Origin: Eledone cirrhosa
Lineage: Eukaryota
Direction: 5' to 3'
DNA length: 64,000 bases
NCBI GenBank assembly: GCA_964016885.1
Contig: OZ024743.1
Span: 100,688,001 to 100,752,000 of the forward strand
Below, piece after piece: positions 1-12,600 of the stretch; within the stretch, counting starts at the first letter, position 1; each line of letters opens with the position of its first letter. The translations under genes were made by a program, and so were the position numbers. A model generated the notes under the pieces. The model was not told the origin of the DNA, ran no database searches, and saw only the letters and a list, made by a program, of their open reading frames with translations.

Positions 1-351
1 GTAATGTCAGTAGTAGTAGTAGTAGTAATGTCAGTAGTAGTAGTAGTAGCTGTAATGTCAGTAGTAGTAGTAGTAGTAATGTCAGTGGTAGTAGTAGTAG
101 CTGTAATGCCAGTGGTAGTAGTAGTAGTAATGTCAGTGGTAGTAGTAGTAGTAATGTCAGTAGTAGTAGTAGTAGCTGTAATGTCAGTGGTAGTAGTAGT
201 AGCTGTAATGTCAGTAGTAGTAGTAGTAGTAGTAGTAGTAATGTCAGTAGTAGTAGTAGTAGCTGTAATGTCAGTAGTAGTAGTAGTAATGTCAGTGGTA
301 GTAGTAGTAGTAGTAATGTCAGTGGTAGTAGTAGTAGCTGTAATGTCAGTG

Positions 352-387
<36 letters not shown>

Positions 388-1830
388 ATGTGAGTAGTAG
401 TAGTAGTAGCTGTAATGTCAGTCGTAGTAGTAGTAGTAATGTCAGTGGTAGTAGTAGTAGCTGTAATGCCAGTGGTAGTAGTAGTAGCTGTAATGTCAGT
501 AGTAGTAGTAGTTGTAATTTCAGTAGTAGTAGTAGTAGCAGTAGTAGTAGTAGCAGTAGTAGTAGTAGCAGTAGTAGTAGTAGCAGTAGTAGTAGTAGTA
601 ACAATAATGTCAATGGTAGTAGTAGTAGTAGCTGTAATGTCAGTAGTAGTAGTAGTAGAAATGTCAGTGGTAGTAGTAGTAGTAGTAATGTCAGTGGTAG
701 TAGTAGTAGTAATGTCAGTAGTAGTAGTAGTAGTAGTAGCTGTAATGTCAGTAGTAGTAGTAGTAGTAATGTCAGTAGTAGTAGTAGTAGTAATGTCAGT
801 GGTAGTAGTAGTAGTAATGTCAGTAGTAGTAGTAGTAATGTCAGTGGTAGTAGTAGTAGTAGTAATGTCAGTAGTAGTAGTAGTAATGTTAGTGGTAGTA
901 GTAGTAGTAATGTCAGTAGTAGTAGTAGTAGTAATGTCAGTAGTAGTAGTAGTAGTAATGTCAGTAGTAGTAGTAGTAATGTCAGTGGTAGTAGTAGTAG
1001 TAGTAATGTCAGTAGTAGTAGTAGTAATGTTAGTGGTAGTAGTAGTAGTAGTAATGTCAGTGGTAGTAGTAGTAGTAGTAATTTCATGGTAGTAGTAGTA
1101 GTAATGTCATGGTAGTAGTAGTAGTAATGTCAGTGATAGTAGTAGTAGTAGTAGTAATGTCAGTGGTAGTAGTAGTAGTAATGTCAGTAGTAGTAGTAGT
1201 AGTAGCTGTAATGTCAGTGGTAGTAGTAGTAGCTGTAATGTCAGTAGTAGTAGTAGTAGCTGTAATGTCAGTGGTAGTAGTAGTAGCTGTAATGTCAGTA
1301 GTAGTAGTAGTAGTAGTAGTAGTAATGTCAGTAGTAGTAGTAGTAGCTGTAATGTCAGTAGTAGTAGTAGTAATGTCAGTGGTAGTAGTAGTAGCTGTAA
1401 TGCCAGTGGTAGTAGTAGTAGCTGTAATGTCAGTAGTAGTAGTAGTAGTAATGTCAGTGGTAGTAGTAGTAGCTGTAATGTCAGTAGTAGTAGTAGTAGT
1501 AATGTCAGTAGTAGTAGTAGTAGCTGTAATGTCAGTAGTAGTAGTAGTAGTAATGTCAGTAGTAGTAGTAGTAGCTGTAATGTCAGTAGTAGTAGTAGTA
1601 GCTGTAATGTCAGTAGTAGTAGTAGTAGCTGTAATGTCAGTGGTAGTAGTAGTAGCTGTAATGTCAGTAGTAGTAGTAGTAGTAGTAGTAGTAATGTCAG
1701 TAGTAGTAGTAGTAATGTCAGTGGTAGTAGTAGTAGCTGTAATGCCAGTGGTAGTAGTAGTAGTAGTAGTAATGTCAGTGGTAGTAGTAGTAGCTGTAAT
1801 GTCAGTGGTAGTAGTAGTAGCTGTAATGTC

Positions 1831-1873
<43 letters not shown>

Positions 1874-1932
1874 ATGTCAGTAGTAGTAGTAGTAGCTGTA
1901 ATGTCAGTCGTAGTAGTAGTAGCTGTAATGTC

Positions 1933-1972
<40 letters not shown>

Positions 1973-3246
1973 ATGTGAGTAGTAGTAGTAGTAGCTGTAA
2001 TGTCAGTCGTAGTAGTAGTAGTAATGTCAGTGGTAGTAGTAGTAGCTGTAATGCCAGTGGTAGTAGTAGTAGCTGTAATGTCAGTAGTAGTAGTAGTTGT
2101 AATTTCAGTAGTAGTAGTAGTAGCAGTAGTAGTAGTAGCAGTAGTAGTAGTAGCAGTAGTAGTAGTAGCAGTAGTAGTAGTAGTAACAATAATGTCAATG
2201 GTAGTAGTAGTAGTAGCTGTAATGTCAGTAGTAGTAGTAGTAGAAATGTCAGTGGTAGTAGTAGTAGTAGTAATGTCAGTGGTAGTAGTAGTAGTAATGT
2301 CAGTAGTAGTAGTAGTAGTAGTAGCTGTAATGTCAGTAGTAGTAGTAGTAGTAATGTCAGTGGTAGTAGTAGTAGCTGTAATGCCAGTAGTAGTAGAAGT
2401 AATGTCAGTGGTAGTAGTAGTAGTAATGTCAGTAGTAGTAGAAGTAATGTCAGTGGTAGTAGTAGTAGTAATGTCAGTAGTAGTAGTAGTAGTAGTAGTA
2501 ATGTCAGTAGTAGTAGTAGTAGTAATGTCAGTAGTAGTAGTAGTAATGTCAGTGGTAGTAGTAGTAGTAGTAATGCCAGTAGTAGTAGTAGTAATGTCAG
2601 TGGTAGTAGTAGTAGTAGTAATGCCAGTAGTAGTAGAAGTAATGTCAGTGGTAGTAGTAGTAGTAATGTCAGTAGTAGTAGTAGTAGTAATGTCAGTGGT
2701 AGTAGTAGTAATGTCAGTGGTAGTAGTAGTAGTAATGTCAGTAGTAGTAGTAGTAATGTCAGTGGTAGTAGTAGTAGTAGTAATGCCAGTAGTAGTAGTA
2801 GTAATGTCAGTGGTAGTAGTATTAATGTCAGTGGTAGTAATAGTAGTAGTAATGTCAGTGGTAGTAGTAGTAGTAGTAGTAGTAACAGTAATGTCAGTGG
2901 TAGTAGTAGTAGTAGTAGTAGTAGTAGTTGTAATATCAGTAGTAGTAGTAGTAGTCGTAATGTCAGTGGTAGTAGTAGTAGTAGTAATGTCAATGGTAGT
3001 AGTAGTAGCAGTTATGTTAGTGGTAGTAGTAGTAGTAGTAGTAGTAGTAATGTCAGTAGTAGTAGTAGTAGTAATGTCAGTAGTAGTACTGGTAGTAGTA
3101 ATGTCAGTGGTAGTAGTAGTAGTAATGTCAGTGGTAGTAGTAGTAGTAATGTCAGTGGTAGTAGTAGTAGTAATGTCAGTAGTAGTAGTAGTAATGTCAG
3201 TGGTAGTAGTAGTAATGTCAACGGTAGTAGTAGTAGTAGTAATGTC

Positions 3247-3277
<31 letters not shown>

Positions 3278-3669
3278 ATGTCAGTGGTAGTAGTAGTAGT
3301 AGTAATGTCAGTAGTAGTAGTAGTAGTAGTAGTAATGTCAGTGGTAGTAGTAGTAGTAATGTCAGTGGTAGTAGTAGTAGTAGTAATGTCAGGAGTAGTA
3401 GTAGTAGTAGTAATGTCAGTGGTAATAGTAGTAGTAGTAATGTCCGTGGAAGTGGTAGTAGTAATGTCAGTAGTAGTAGTAGTAATGTCTGTAGTAGTAG
3501 TAGTAGTAATGTCAGTGGTAGTAGTAGTAGTAATGTCAGTAGTAGTAGTAGTAATGTCAGTGGTAGTAGTATTGCCAGTAGTAGTAGTAGTAATGTCTGT
3601 AGTAGTAGTAGTAGTAATGTCAGTGGTAGTAGTAGTAGTAATGTCAGTGGTAGTAGTAGTAGTAATGTC

Positions 3670-3700
<31 letters not shown>

Positions 3701-4032
3701 ATGGGAGTGGTAGTAGTAGTAGTAATATCAGTAGTAGTTGTAGTGTCAGTGGTAGTAGTAGTAGTAATGTCAATGGAAGTAGGAGTAGTAGTATTGTCAG
3801 TGTTAGTAGTAGTAGTAATGTAAGTAGTAGTAGTAGTAATGTAAATAGTAGTAGTAGTAATGTCAGTAGTAGTACTGGTAGTAGTAATGTCAGTGGTAGT
3901 AGTAGTAGTAATGTCAGTGGTAGTAGTAGTAGTAATGTCAGTGGTAGTAGTAGTAGTAATGTCAGTAGTAGTAGTAGTAATGTCAGTGGTAGTAGTAGTA
4001 ATGTCAACGGTAGTAGTAGTAGTAGTAATGTC

Positions 4033-4063
<31 letters not shown>

Positions 4064-4458
4064 ATGTCAGTGGTAGTAGTAGTAGTAGTAATGTCAGTAG
4101 TAGTAGTAGTAGTAGTAGTAATGTCAGTGGTAGTAGTAGTAGTAATGTCAGTGGTAGTAGTAGTAGTAGTAATGTCAGGAGTAGTAGTAGTAGTAGTAAT
4201 GTCAGTGGTAATAGTAGTAGTAGTAATGTCCGTGGAAGTGGTAGTAGTAATGTCAGTAGTAGTAGTAGTAGTAATGTCTGTAGTAGTAGTAGTAGTAATG
4301 TCAGTGGTAGTAGTAGTAGTAATGTCAGTAGTAGTAGTAGTAATGTCAGTGGTAGTAGTATTGCCAGTAGTAGTAGTAGTAATGTCTGTAGTAGTAGTAG
4401 TAGTAATGTCAGTGGTAGTAGTAGTAGTAATGTCAGTGGTAGTAGTAGTAGTAATGTC

Positions 4459-4489
<31 letters not shown>

Positions 4490-5430
4490 ATGGGAGTGGT
4501 AGTAGTAGTAGTAATATCAGTAGTAGTTGTAGTGTCAGTGGTAGTAGTAGTAGTAATGTCAATGGAAGTAGGAGTAGTAGTATTGTCAGTGTTAGTAGTA
4601 GTAGTAATGTAAGTAGTAGTAGTAGTAATGTAAATAGTAGTAGTAGTAATGTCAGTGGTAGTAGTAGTAGCAGTAATGTTAGTGGTAGTAGTAGTAGTAG
4701 TAATGTCGGTAGTAGTAGTAGTAGTAACAGTAATGTCAGTGGTAGGAGTAGTAGTAGTAATAGTCGTAATGTCAGTGGTAGTAGTAGCAGTAATGTCAGT
4801 GGTAGTAGTAGTTATAATGTCAGTAGTAGTAGTAGTAGTAATGTCAGTAGTAGTAGTAGTAATATCAGTGGTAGTAGTAGTAGTAATGTCTGTGGTAGTA
4901 GTAGTAATGTCAGTAGTAGTAGTAGTAGTAATGTCAGTGGTAGTAGTAGTAATGTCAGTGGTAGTAGTAGTAGCTGTAATGTCAGTGGTAGTAGTAGTAG
5001 TAATGTCAGTGGATGTAGAAGTAATGTCAGTGGTAGTAGTAGTAGTAGTAATGTCAGTGGTAGTAGTAGTAGTAATGTCAGTGGTAGTAGTAATAGTAAT
5101 GTCAGTGGTAGTAGTAGTAGCTGTAATGTCAGTGGTAGTAGTACTAGCAGTAATGTCAGTGGTAGTAGTAGTAGTAATGTCAGTAGTGGTAGTAGTAATT
5201 TCAGTGGTAGTAGTAGTAATATCAGTGGAAGTAGTAGTAGTAATAATGTCAGTAGTAGTAGTAGTAGTAATGTCAGTAGTAGCAGTAGTAGTAGTAATGT
5301 CAATGGCAGTAGTAGTATTAATGTCAGTGGTAGTAGTAGTTGTAGTAATATCAGTGGTAGTCGTAGTAGTAGTAATGTCAGTAGTAGTAGTAGTAGTAGT
5401 AATGTCCGTAGTAGTAGTAGTAGTAATGTC

Positions 5431-5470
<40 letters not shown>

Positions 5471-6507
5471 ATGTCAGTAGTAGTAGTAGTAGTAGTAGTA
5501 ATGTCAGTGGTAGTAGTAGTAGTAATGTCTGTGGTAGTAGTAGTAGTAGTAATGTCAGTAGTAGTAATGTCAGTGGTAGTAGTAGTAGTAGTAATGTCAG
5601 TGGTAGTAGTAGTAATGTCGGTAGTAGTAGTAGTAGTAGCTGTAATGTCAGTGGTAGTAGTAGTAGCTGTAATGTCAGTGGTAGTAGTACTAGCAGTAAT
5701 GTCAGTGGTAGTAGTAGTAGTAATGTCAGTAGTGGTAGTAGTAATTTCAGTGGTAGTAGTAGTAATATCAGTGGAAGTAGTAGTAGTAGTAGCTGTAATG
5801 TCAGTGGTAGTAGTAGTAGTAATGTCAGTGGATGTAGTAGTAATGTCAGTGGTAGTAGTAGTAGTAGTAATGTCAGTGGTAGTAGTAGTAGTAGTCGTAG
5901 TAATATCAGTAGTAGTCGTAGTAGTAGTAATGCCAGTAGTAGTAGTAGTAATGTCTGTAGTAGTAGTAATGTCCGTAGAAGTGGTAGTAGTAATGTCAGT
6001 AGTAGTAGTAGTAATGTCAGTGGTAGTAGTAGTAGTAATGTCAGTGGTAGTAGTAATAGTAATGTTAGTAGTACTAGTATTAATGTCAGTGGTAGTAGTA
6101 GTAGTAGTAATGACAGTAGTAGTAGTTGTAGTAATGTCAGTAGTAGTAGTAATAGTAATGTCAGTAGTAGTAGTAGTATTGTCAGTGGTAGTAGTAATAG
6201 TAATGTCAGTAGTAGTAGTAGTAGTAATGTCAGTAATAGTAGTAGTAGTAATGTCAATGGTAGTAGTAGCATTAATCTCAGTGGTAGTAGTAGTAGTAGT
6301 AGTAGTAGTAATGTCAGTAGTAGTAGTAGTAGTAATGTCAGTAGTAGTACTGGTAGTAGTAATGTCAGTGGTAGTAGTAGTAGTAATGTCAGTGGTAGTA
6401 GTAGTAGTAATGTCAGTGGTAGTAGTAGTAGTAATGTCAGTAGTAGTAGTAGTAATGTCAGTGGTAGTAGTAGTAATGTCAACGGTAGTAGTAGTAGTAG
6501 TAATGAC

Positions 6508-6538
<31 letters not shown>

Positions 6539-6573
6539 ATGTCAGTGGTAGTAGTAGTAGTAGTAGTAATGTC

Positions 6574-6604
<31 letters not shown>

Positions 6605-9600
6605 ATGTCAGTGGTAGTAGTAGTAGTAATGTCAGTGGTAGTAGTAGTAGTAGTAATGTCAGTAGTAGTGGTAGTAGTAGTAATGTCAGTGGTAATAGTA
6701 GTATTAGTAATGTCCGTGGAAGTGGTAGTAGTAATGTCAGTAGTAGTAGTAGTAGTAATGTCTGTAGTAGTAGTAGTAGTAATGTCAGTGGTAGTAGTAG
6801 TGGTAATGTCAATGGTAGTAGTAGTAGTAATGTCAGTAGTAGTAGTAGTAATGTCAGTGGTAGTAGTAGTAGTAATGTCAGTGGTAGTAGTAATGTCTGT
6901 AGTAGTAGTAGTAGTAATGTCAGTGGTAGTAGTAGTAGTAATGTCAGTGGTAGTAGTAGTAGTAATGTCAGTGGTAGTAGTAGTAGTAGTAGTAGTAGTA
7001 ATGGGAGTGGTAGTAGTAGTAGTAATATCAGTAGTAGTTGTAGTGTCAGTGGTAGTAGTAATAGTAATGTCAATGGAAGTAGGAGTAGTAGTATTGTCAG
7101 TGTTAGTAGTAGTAGTAATGTAAGTAGTAGTAGTAGTAATGTCAGTGGTAGTAGTAGTAGCAGTAATGTTAGTGGTAGTAGTAGTAGTAGTAGTAATGTC
7201 GGTAGTAGTAGTAGTAGTAACAGTAATGTCAGTGGTAGGAGTAGTAGTAGTAATGTCATTAGTAGTAGTAGTAGCTGTAATGTCAGTGGTAGTAGTAGTA
7301 GTAGTCGTAATGTCAGTGGTAGTAGTAGTAGTAATGTCAGTGGTAGTAGTAGTTATAATGTTAGTGGTAGTAGTAGTAGTAATGTCAGTAGTAGTAGTAG
7401 TAATGTCAGTGGTAGTAGTAGTAGTAATGTCTGGTAGTAGTAGTAATGTCAGTAGTAGTAGTAGTAGTAATGTCTGTGGTAGTAGTAGTAGTAGTAATGT
7501 CAGTAGTAGTAGTAGTAATGTCAGTGGTAGTAGTAGTAGTAATGTCAGTGGTAGTAGTAGTAATGTCAGTAGTAGTAGTAGTAATGTCAGTGGCAGTAGT
7601 TGTAGCTGTAATGTCAGTGGTAGTAGTAGTAGCTGTAATGTCAGTGGTAGTAGTAGTAGCAGTATTGTCAGTGGTAGTACTAGTAGTAATGTCAGTAGTA
7701 GTAGTAGTAATGTCAGTAGTAGTAGTAATGTCAGTGGTAGTAGTAGTAGTAGTAATGTCAGTAGTAGTAGTAGTAATGTCAGTGGTAGTAGTAGTAGTAA
7801 TGTCAGTCGTGGTAGTAGTAATGTCAGTGGTAGTAGTAGTAGTAATGTCAGTAGTACTAGTAGCTGTAATGTCAGTGGTAGTAGTAGTAGCAGTAATGTT
7901 AGTGGTAGTAGTATTAGCAGTAATGTCAGTGGTAGTAGTAGTAGTAATGTCAGTGGTAGTAGTAGTAGCAGTAATGTTAGTGGTAGTAGTACTAGCAGTA
8001 ATGTCAGTGGTAGTAGTAGTAGTAGTAATGTCAGTAGTAGTAGTTGTAATGACAGTAGTAGTAGTAGTAGTAGTAATGTCAGTGGTAGAAGTAGTAGTAA
8101 TGTCAGTGGATGTTTTAGTAATGTCAGTGGTAGTAGTAGTAGTAATGTCAGTGGATGTAGTAGTAATGTCAGTGGTAGTAGTAGTAATGTCAGTGGTAGT
8201 AGTAGTAGTAATGTCAGTGGTAGTAGTAGTAATGTCAGTGGTAATAGTAGTGTCAGTGGTAGTAGTCGTACTAATGTCTGTAGTAGTAGTAGTAGTAATG
8301 TCAGTGGTAGTAGTCGTACTAATGTCAGTGGTGGTAGTAGTAGTAATGTCAGTGGTAGTAGTAGTAGTAGTAAGGTCAGTGGTAGTAGTAGTAGTAGTAG
8401 TATTATCAGTGGTAGTCGTAGTAGTAGTAATGTCAGTGGTAGTAGTAGTAGTAATGTCAGTAGTAGTAGTAGTAGTAGTAGTAATGTCAGTGGTAGTAGT
8501 AGTAGTAGTAATATCAGTGGTAGTCGTAGTAGTAGTAATGTCAGTAGCAGTAGTAGTAGTAATATCAGTAGTTGTAGTAGTAGTAGTAATGTCAGTGGTA
8601 GTGGTAATAGTAATGTCAGTAGTAGTAGTAATAGTAATGTCAGTAGTAGTAATGTCAGTAGTAGTAGTAGTAGTAATGTCAGTAGTAGTAGTAGTAGTAA
8701 TGTCAGTGGTAGTAGTAGTAGTAATATTAGTGGTAGTCGGAGTAGTAGTAATGTCAGTAGTAGTAGTAGTAATGTCCGTAGTAGTAGTAGTAGTAGTAAT
8801 CTCAGTGGTAGTAGTAGTAATATCAGTAGTAGTAGTAGTAGTAGTAGTAATGTCAGTAGTAGTAGTAGTAGTAATGTCAATGGTAGAAGTAGTAGTAATG
8901 TCAGTAGTAGTAGTAGTAATGTCAGTGGTAGTAGTAGTAGTAATGTCGGTGGTAGTAGTAGTAATGTCAGTAGTAGTAGTAGTAGTAGTAGTAATGTCAG
9001 TAGTAGTAGTAGTAGTAATGTCAGTAGTAGTAGTAGTAATATCAGTGGTAGTAGTAGTAGTTATGTCAGTGGTACTAGTAGTAATGTCAGTAGTAGCAGT
9101 AGTAATGTCAGTGGTAGTAGTAGTAATATCAGTGGTAGTAGTAGTGGTTATCTCAGTGGTACTAGTAGTAATGTCAGTAGTAGTAGTAGTAATAACAGTG
9201 GTAGTAGTAGCAGTTATGTCAGTGGTACTAATAGTAATGTCAGTAGTAGTAGTAGTAGTAATGTCAGTGGTAGTAGTAGTAGTAATGTCAGTGGTAGTAG
9301 TAGTAGTAGTAGTAGTAGTAATGTCAGTAGTAGTAGTAGTAGTAACAATAATGTCAGTGGTAGGAGTAGTAGTAGTAATGTCATTAGTATTAGTAGTAGC
9401 TGTAATGTCAGTGGTAGTAGTAGTAGTAGTAATGTCAGTAGTAGTAGTAGTAATGTCAGTGGTAGTAGTAGTAGTAATGTCTCTGGTAGTAGTAGTAATG
9501 TCAGTAGTAGTAGTAGTAGTAATGTCTGTGGTAGTAGTAGTAGTAGTAATGTCAGTAGTAGTAGTAGTAATGTCAGTGGTAGTAGTAGTAGTAATGTCAG

Positions 9601-12600
9601 TGGTAGTAGTAGTAATGTCAGTAGTAGTAGTAGTAATGTCAGTGGCAGTAGTTGTAGCTGTAATGTCAGTGGTAGTAGTAGTAGCTGTAATGTCAGTGGT
9701 AGTAGTAGTAGCTGTAATGTCAGTGGTAGTAGTAGTAGTAATGCCAGTAGTAGTAATGTCAGTGGTAGTAGTAGTAGTAGTAATGTCAGTGGTAGTAGTA
9801 GTAGTAGTAATGTCAGTAGTAGTGGTTGTAATGTCAGTGGTAGTAGTAGTAGTAATGTCAGTCGTGGTAGTAGTAATGTCAGTGGTAGCAGTAGTAGTAA
9901 TGTCAGTAGTACTAGTAGCTGTAATGTCAGTGGTAGTAGTAGTAGCAGTAATGTTAGTGGTAGTAGTATTAGCAGTAATGTCAGTGGTAGTAGTAGTAGT
10001 AATGTCAGTGGTAGTAGTAGTAGCAGTAATGTTAGTGGTAGTAGTATTAGCAGTAATGTCAGTGGTAGTAGTAGTAGTAATGTCAGTGGTAGTAGTAGTA
10101 GCAGTAATGTTAGTGGTAGTAGTATTAGCAGTAATGTCAGTGGTAGTAGTAGTAGTAATGTCAGTGGTAGTAGTAGTAGCAGTAATGTTAGTGGTAGTAG
10201 TACTAGCAGTATTGTCAGTGGTAGTAGTAGTAGTAATGCCAGTAGTAGTAGTAGTAGTAATGTCAGTAGTAGTAGTAATGTCAGTGGTAGTAGTAGTAGT
10301 AGTAATGTCAGTAGTAGTGGTTGTAATGTCAGTGGTAGTAGTAGTAGTAATGTCAGTCGTGGTAGTAGTAATGTCAGTGGTAGCAGTAGTAGTAATGTCA
10401 GTAGTACTAGTAGCTGTAATGTCAGTGGTAGTAGTAGTAGCAGTAATGTTAGTGGTAGTAGTATTAGCAGTAATGTCAGTGGTAGTAGTAGTAGTAATGT
10501 CAGTGGTAGTAGTAGTAGCAGTAATGTTAGTGGTAGTAGTATTAGCAGTAATGTCAGTGGTAGTAGTAGTAGTAGTAATGTCAGTAGTAGTAGTTGTAAT
10601 GACAGTAGTAGTAGTAGTAGTAGTAATGTCAGTGGTAGAAGTAGTAGTAGTAATGTCAGTAGTAGTAGTCGTAATGTCAGTGGTAGTAGTAGTAGTAATG
10701 TCAGTGGATGTTTTAGTAACGTCAGTGGTAGTAGTAGTAGTAATGTCAGTGGTAGTAGTAGTAATGTCAGTGGTAGTAGTAGTAGTAATGTCAGTGGTAG
10801 TAGTAGTAATGTCAGTGGTAGTAGTAGTAGTAATGTCAGTGGTAATAGTAGTGTCAGTGGTATTAGTCGTACTAATGTCTGTAGTAGTAGTAGTAGTAAT
10901 GTCAGTGGTAGTAGTCGTACTAATGTCAGTGGTGGTAGTAGTAGTAATGTCAGTGGTAGTAGTAGTAGTAGTAATGTCAGTGGTAGTAGTAGTAGTAGTA
11001 ATATCAGTGGTAGTCGTAGTAGTAGTAATGTCAGTAGCAGTAGTAGTATTAGTAGTAGTAATGTCAGTGGTAGTAGTAGTAGTAGTAATATCAGTGGTAG
11101 TCGTAGTAGTAGTAATGTCAGTAGCAGTAGTAGTAGTAATATCAGTAGTTGTAGTAGTAGTAGTAATGTCAGTGGTAGTGGTAATAGTAATGTCAGTAGT
11201 AGTAGTAGTAGTAGTAGTAATGTCAGTAGTAGTAGTAGTAGTAATGTCAGTGGTAGTAGTAGTAGTAATATCAGTAGTAGTAGTAATGTCAGTGGTAGTA
11301 GTAGTAGTAATGTCGGTGGTAGTAGTAATAATGTCAGTAGTAGTAGTAGTAGTAATGTCCGTAGTAGTAGTAGTAATGTCAGTGGTAGTAGTAGTAGTAA
11401 TGTCAGTAGTAGTAGTAGTAGTAGTAGTAATGTCAGTAGTAGTAGTAGTAGTAATGTCAATGGTAGTAGTAGTAGTAATGTCAGTAGTAGTAGTAATGTC
11501 AGTGGTAGTAGTAGTAGTAGTAGTAATGTCAGTAGTAGTAGTAGTAGTAATGTCAGTGGTAGTAGTAGTAGTAATATCAGTGGTAGTCGTAGTAGTAGTA
11601 ATGTCAGTAGTAGTAGTAGTAGTAATGTCCGTAGTAGTAGTAGTAATGTCAGTGGTAGTAGTAGTAATGTCAGTAGTAGTAGTAGTAGTAGTAGTAATGT
11701 CAGTAGTAGTAGTAGTAGTAATGTCCATGGTAGTAGTAGTAGTAATGTCAGTAGTAGTAGTAATGTCAGTGGTAGTAGTAGTAGTAATGTCGGTGGTAGT
11801 AGTAGTAATGTCAGTAGTAGTAGTAGTAGTAGTAATGTCAGTGGTAGTAGTAGTAGTAATGTCAGTAGTAGTAGTAGTAGTAATGTCAGTAGTAGTAGTA
11901 GTAATATCAGTGGTAGTAGTAGGAGTTATGTCAGTGGTACTAGTAGTAATGTCAGTAGTAGTAGTAGTAATGTCAGTGGTAGGTGTAGTAATATCAGTGG
12001 TAGTAGTAGTAGTAGTAATGTCAATGGTAGTAGTAGTAGTAATGTTTCTGGTAGAAGTAGTAATATCAGTGGTAGTAGTAGTAATGTCAGTGGTAGTAGT
12101 AGTAGTAGTAGTAGTAGTAGTAATGTCAGTGGTAATAGTAGTGTCAGTAGTAGTAGTAGTAGTAGTAATGTCAGTGGTAGTAGTCGTACTAATGTCAGTG
12201 GTAGTAGTAGTAGTAATGTCAGTGTTAGTAGTAGTAGTAGTAATGGGAGTGGTAGTAGTAGTAGTAATATCAGTAGTAGTAGTAGTGTCAGTGGTAGTAG
12301 TAGTAGTAATGTCAATGGTAGTAGTACTAGTAGTAATGTCAGTGGTAGTAGTAGTAGTAGTAATGTCAGTGGTAGTAGTAGTAGTAATGTCAGTAGTAGT
12401 AGTAGTTATGTCAGTAGTAGTAGTAGTAATGTCAGTGGTAGTGGTAATAGTATTGTCATTAGTAGTAGTAGTAATGTCAGTAGTAGTAGTAGTAGTAGTA
12501 ATGTCAATGGTAGTAGTAGTAGTAATGTCAGTAGTAGTAGTAGTAATGTCTGTGGTAGTAGTAGTAATGTCAGTGGTAGTAGTAGTAATGTCAGTAGTAG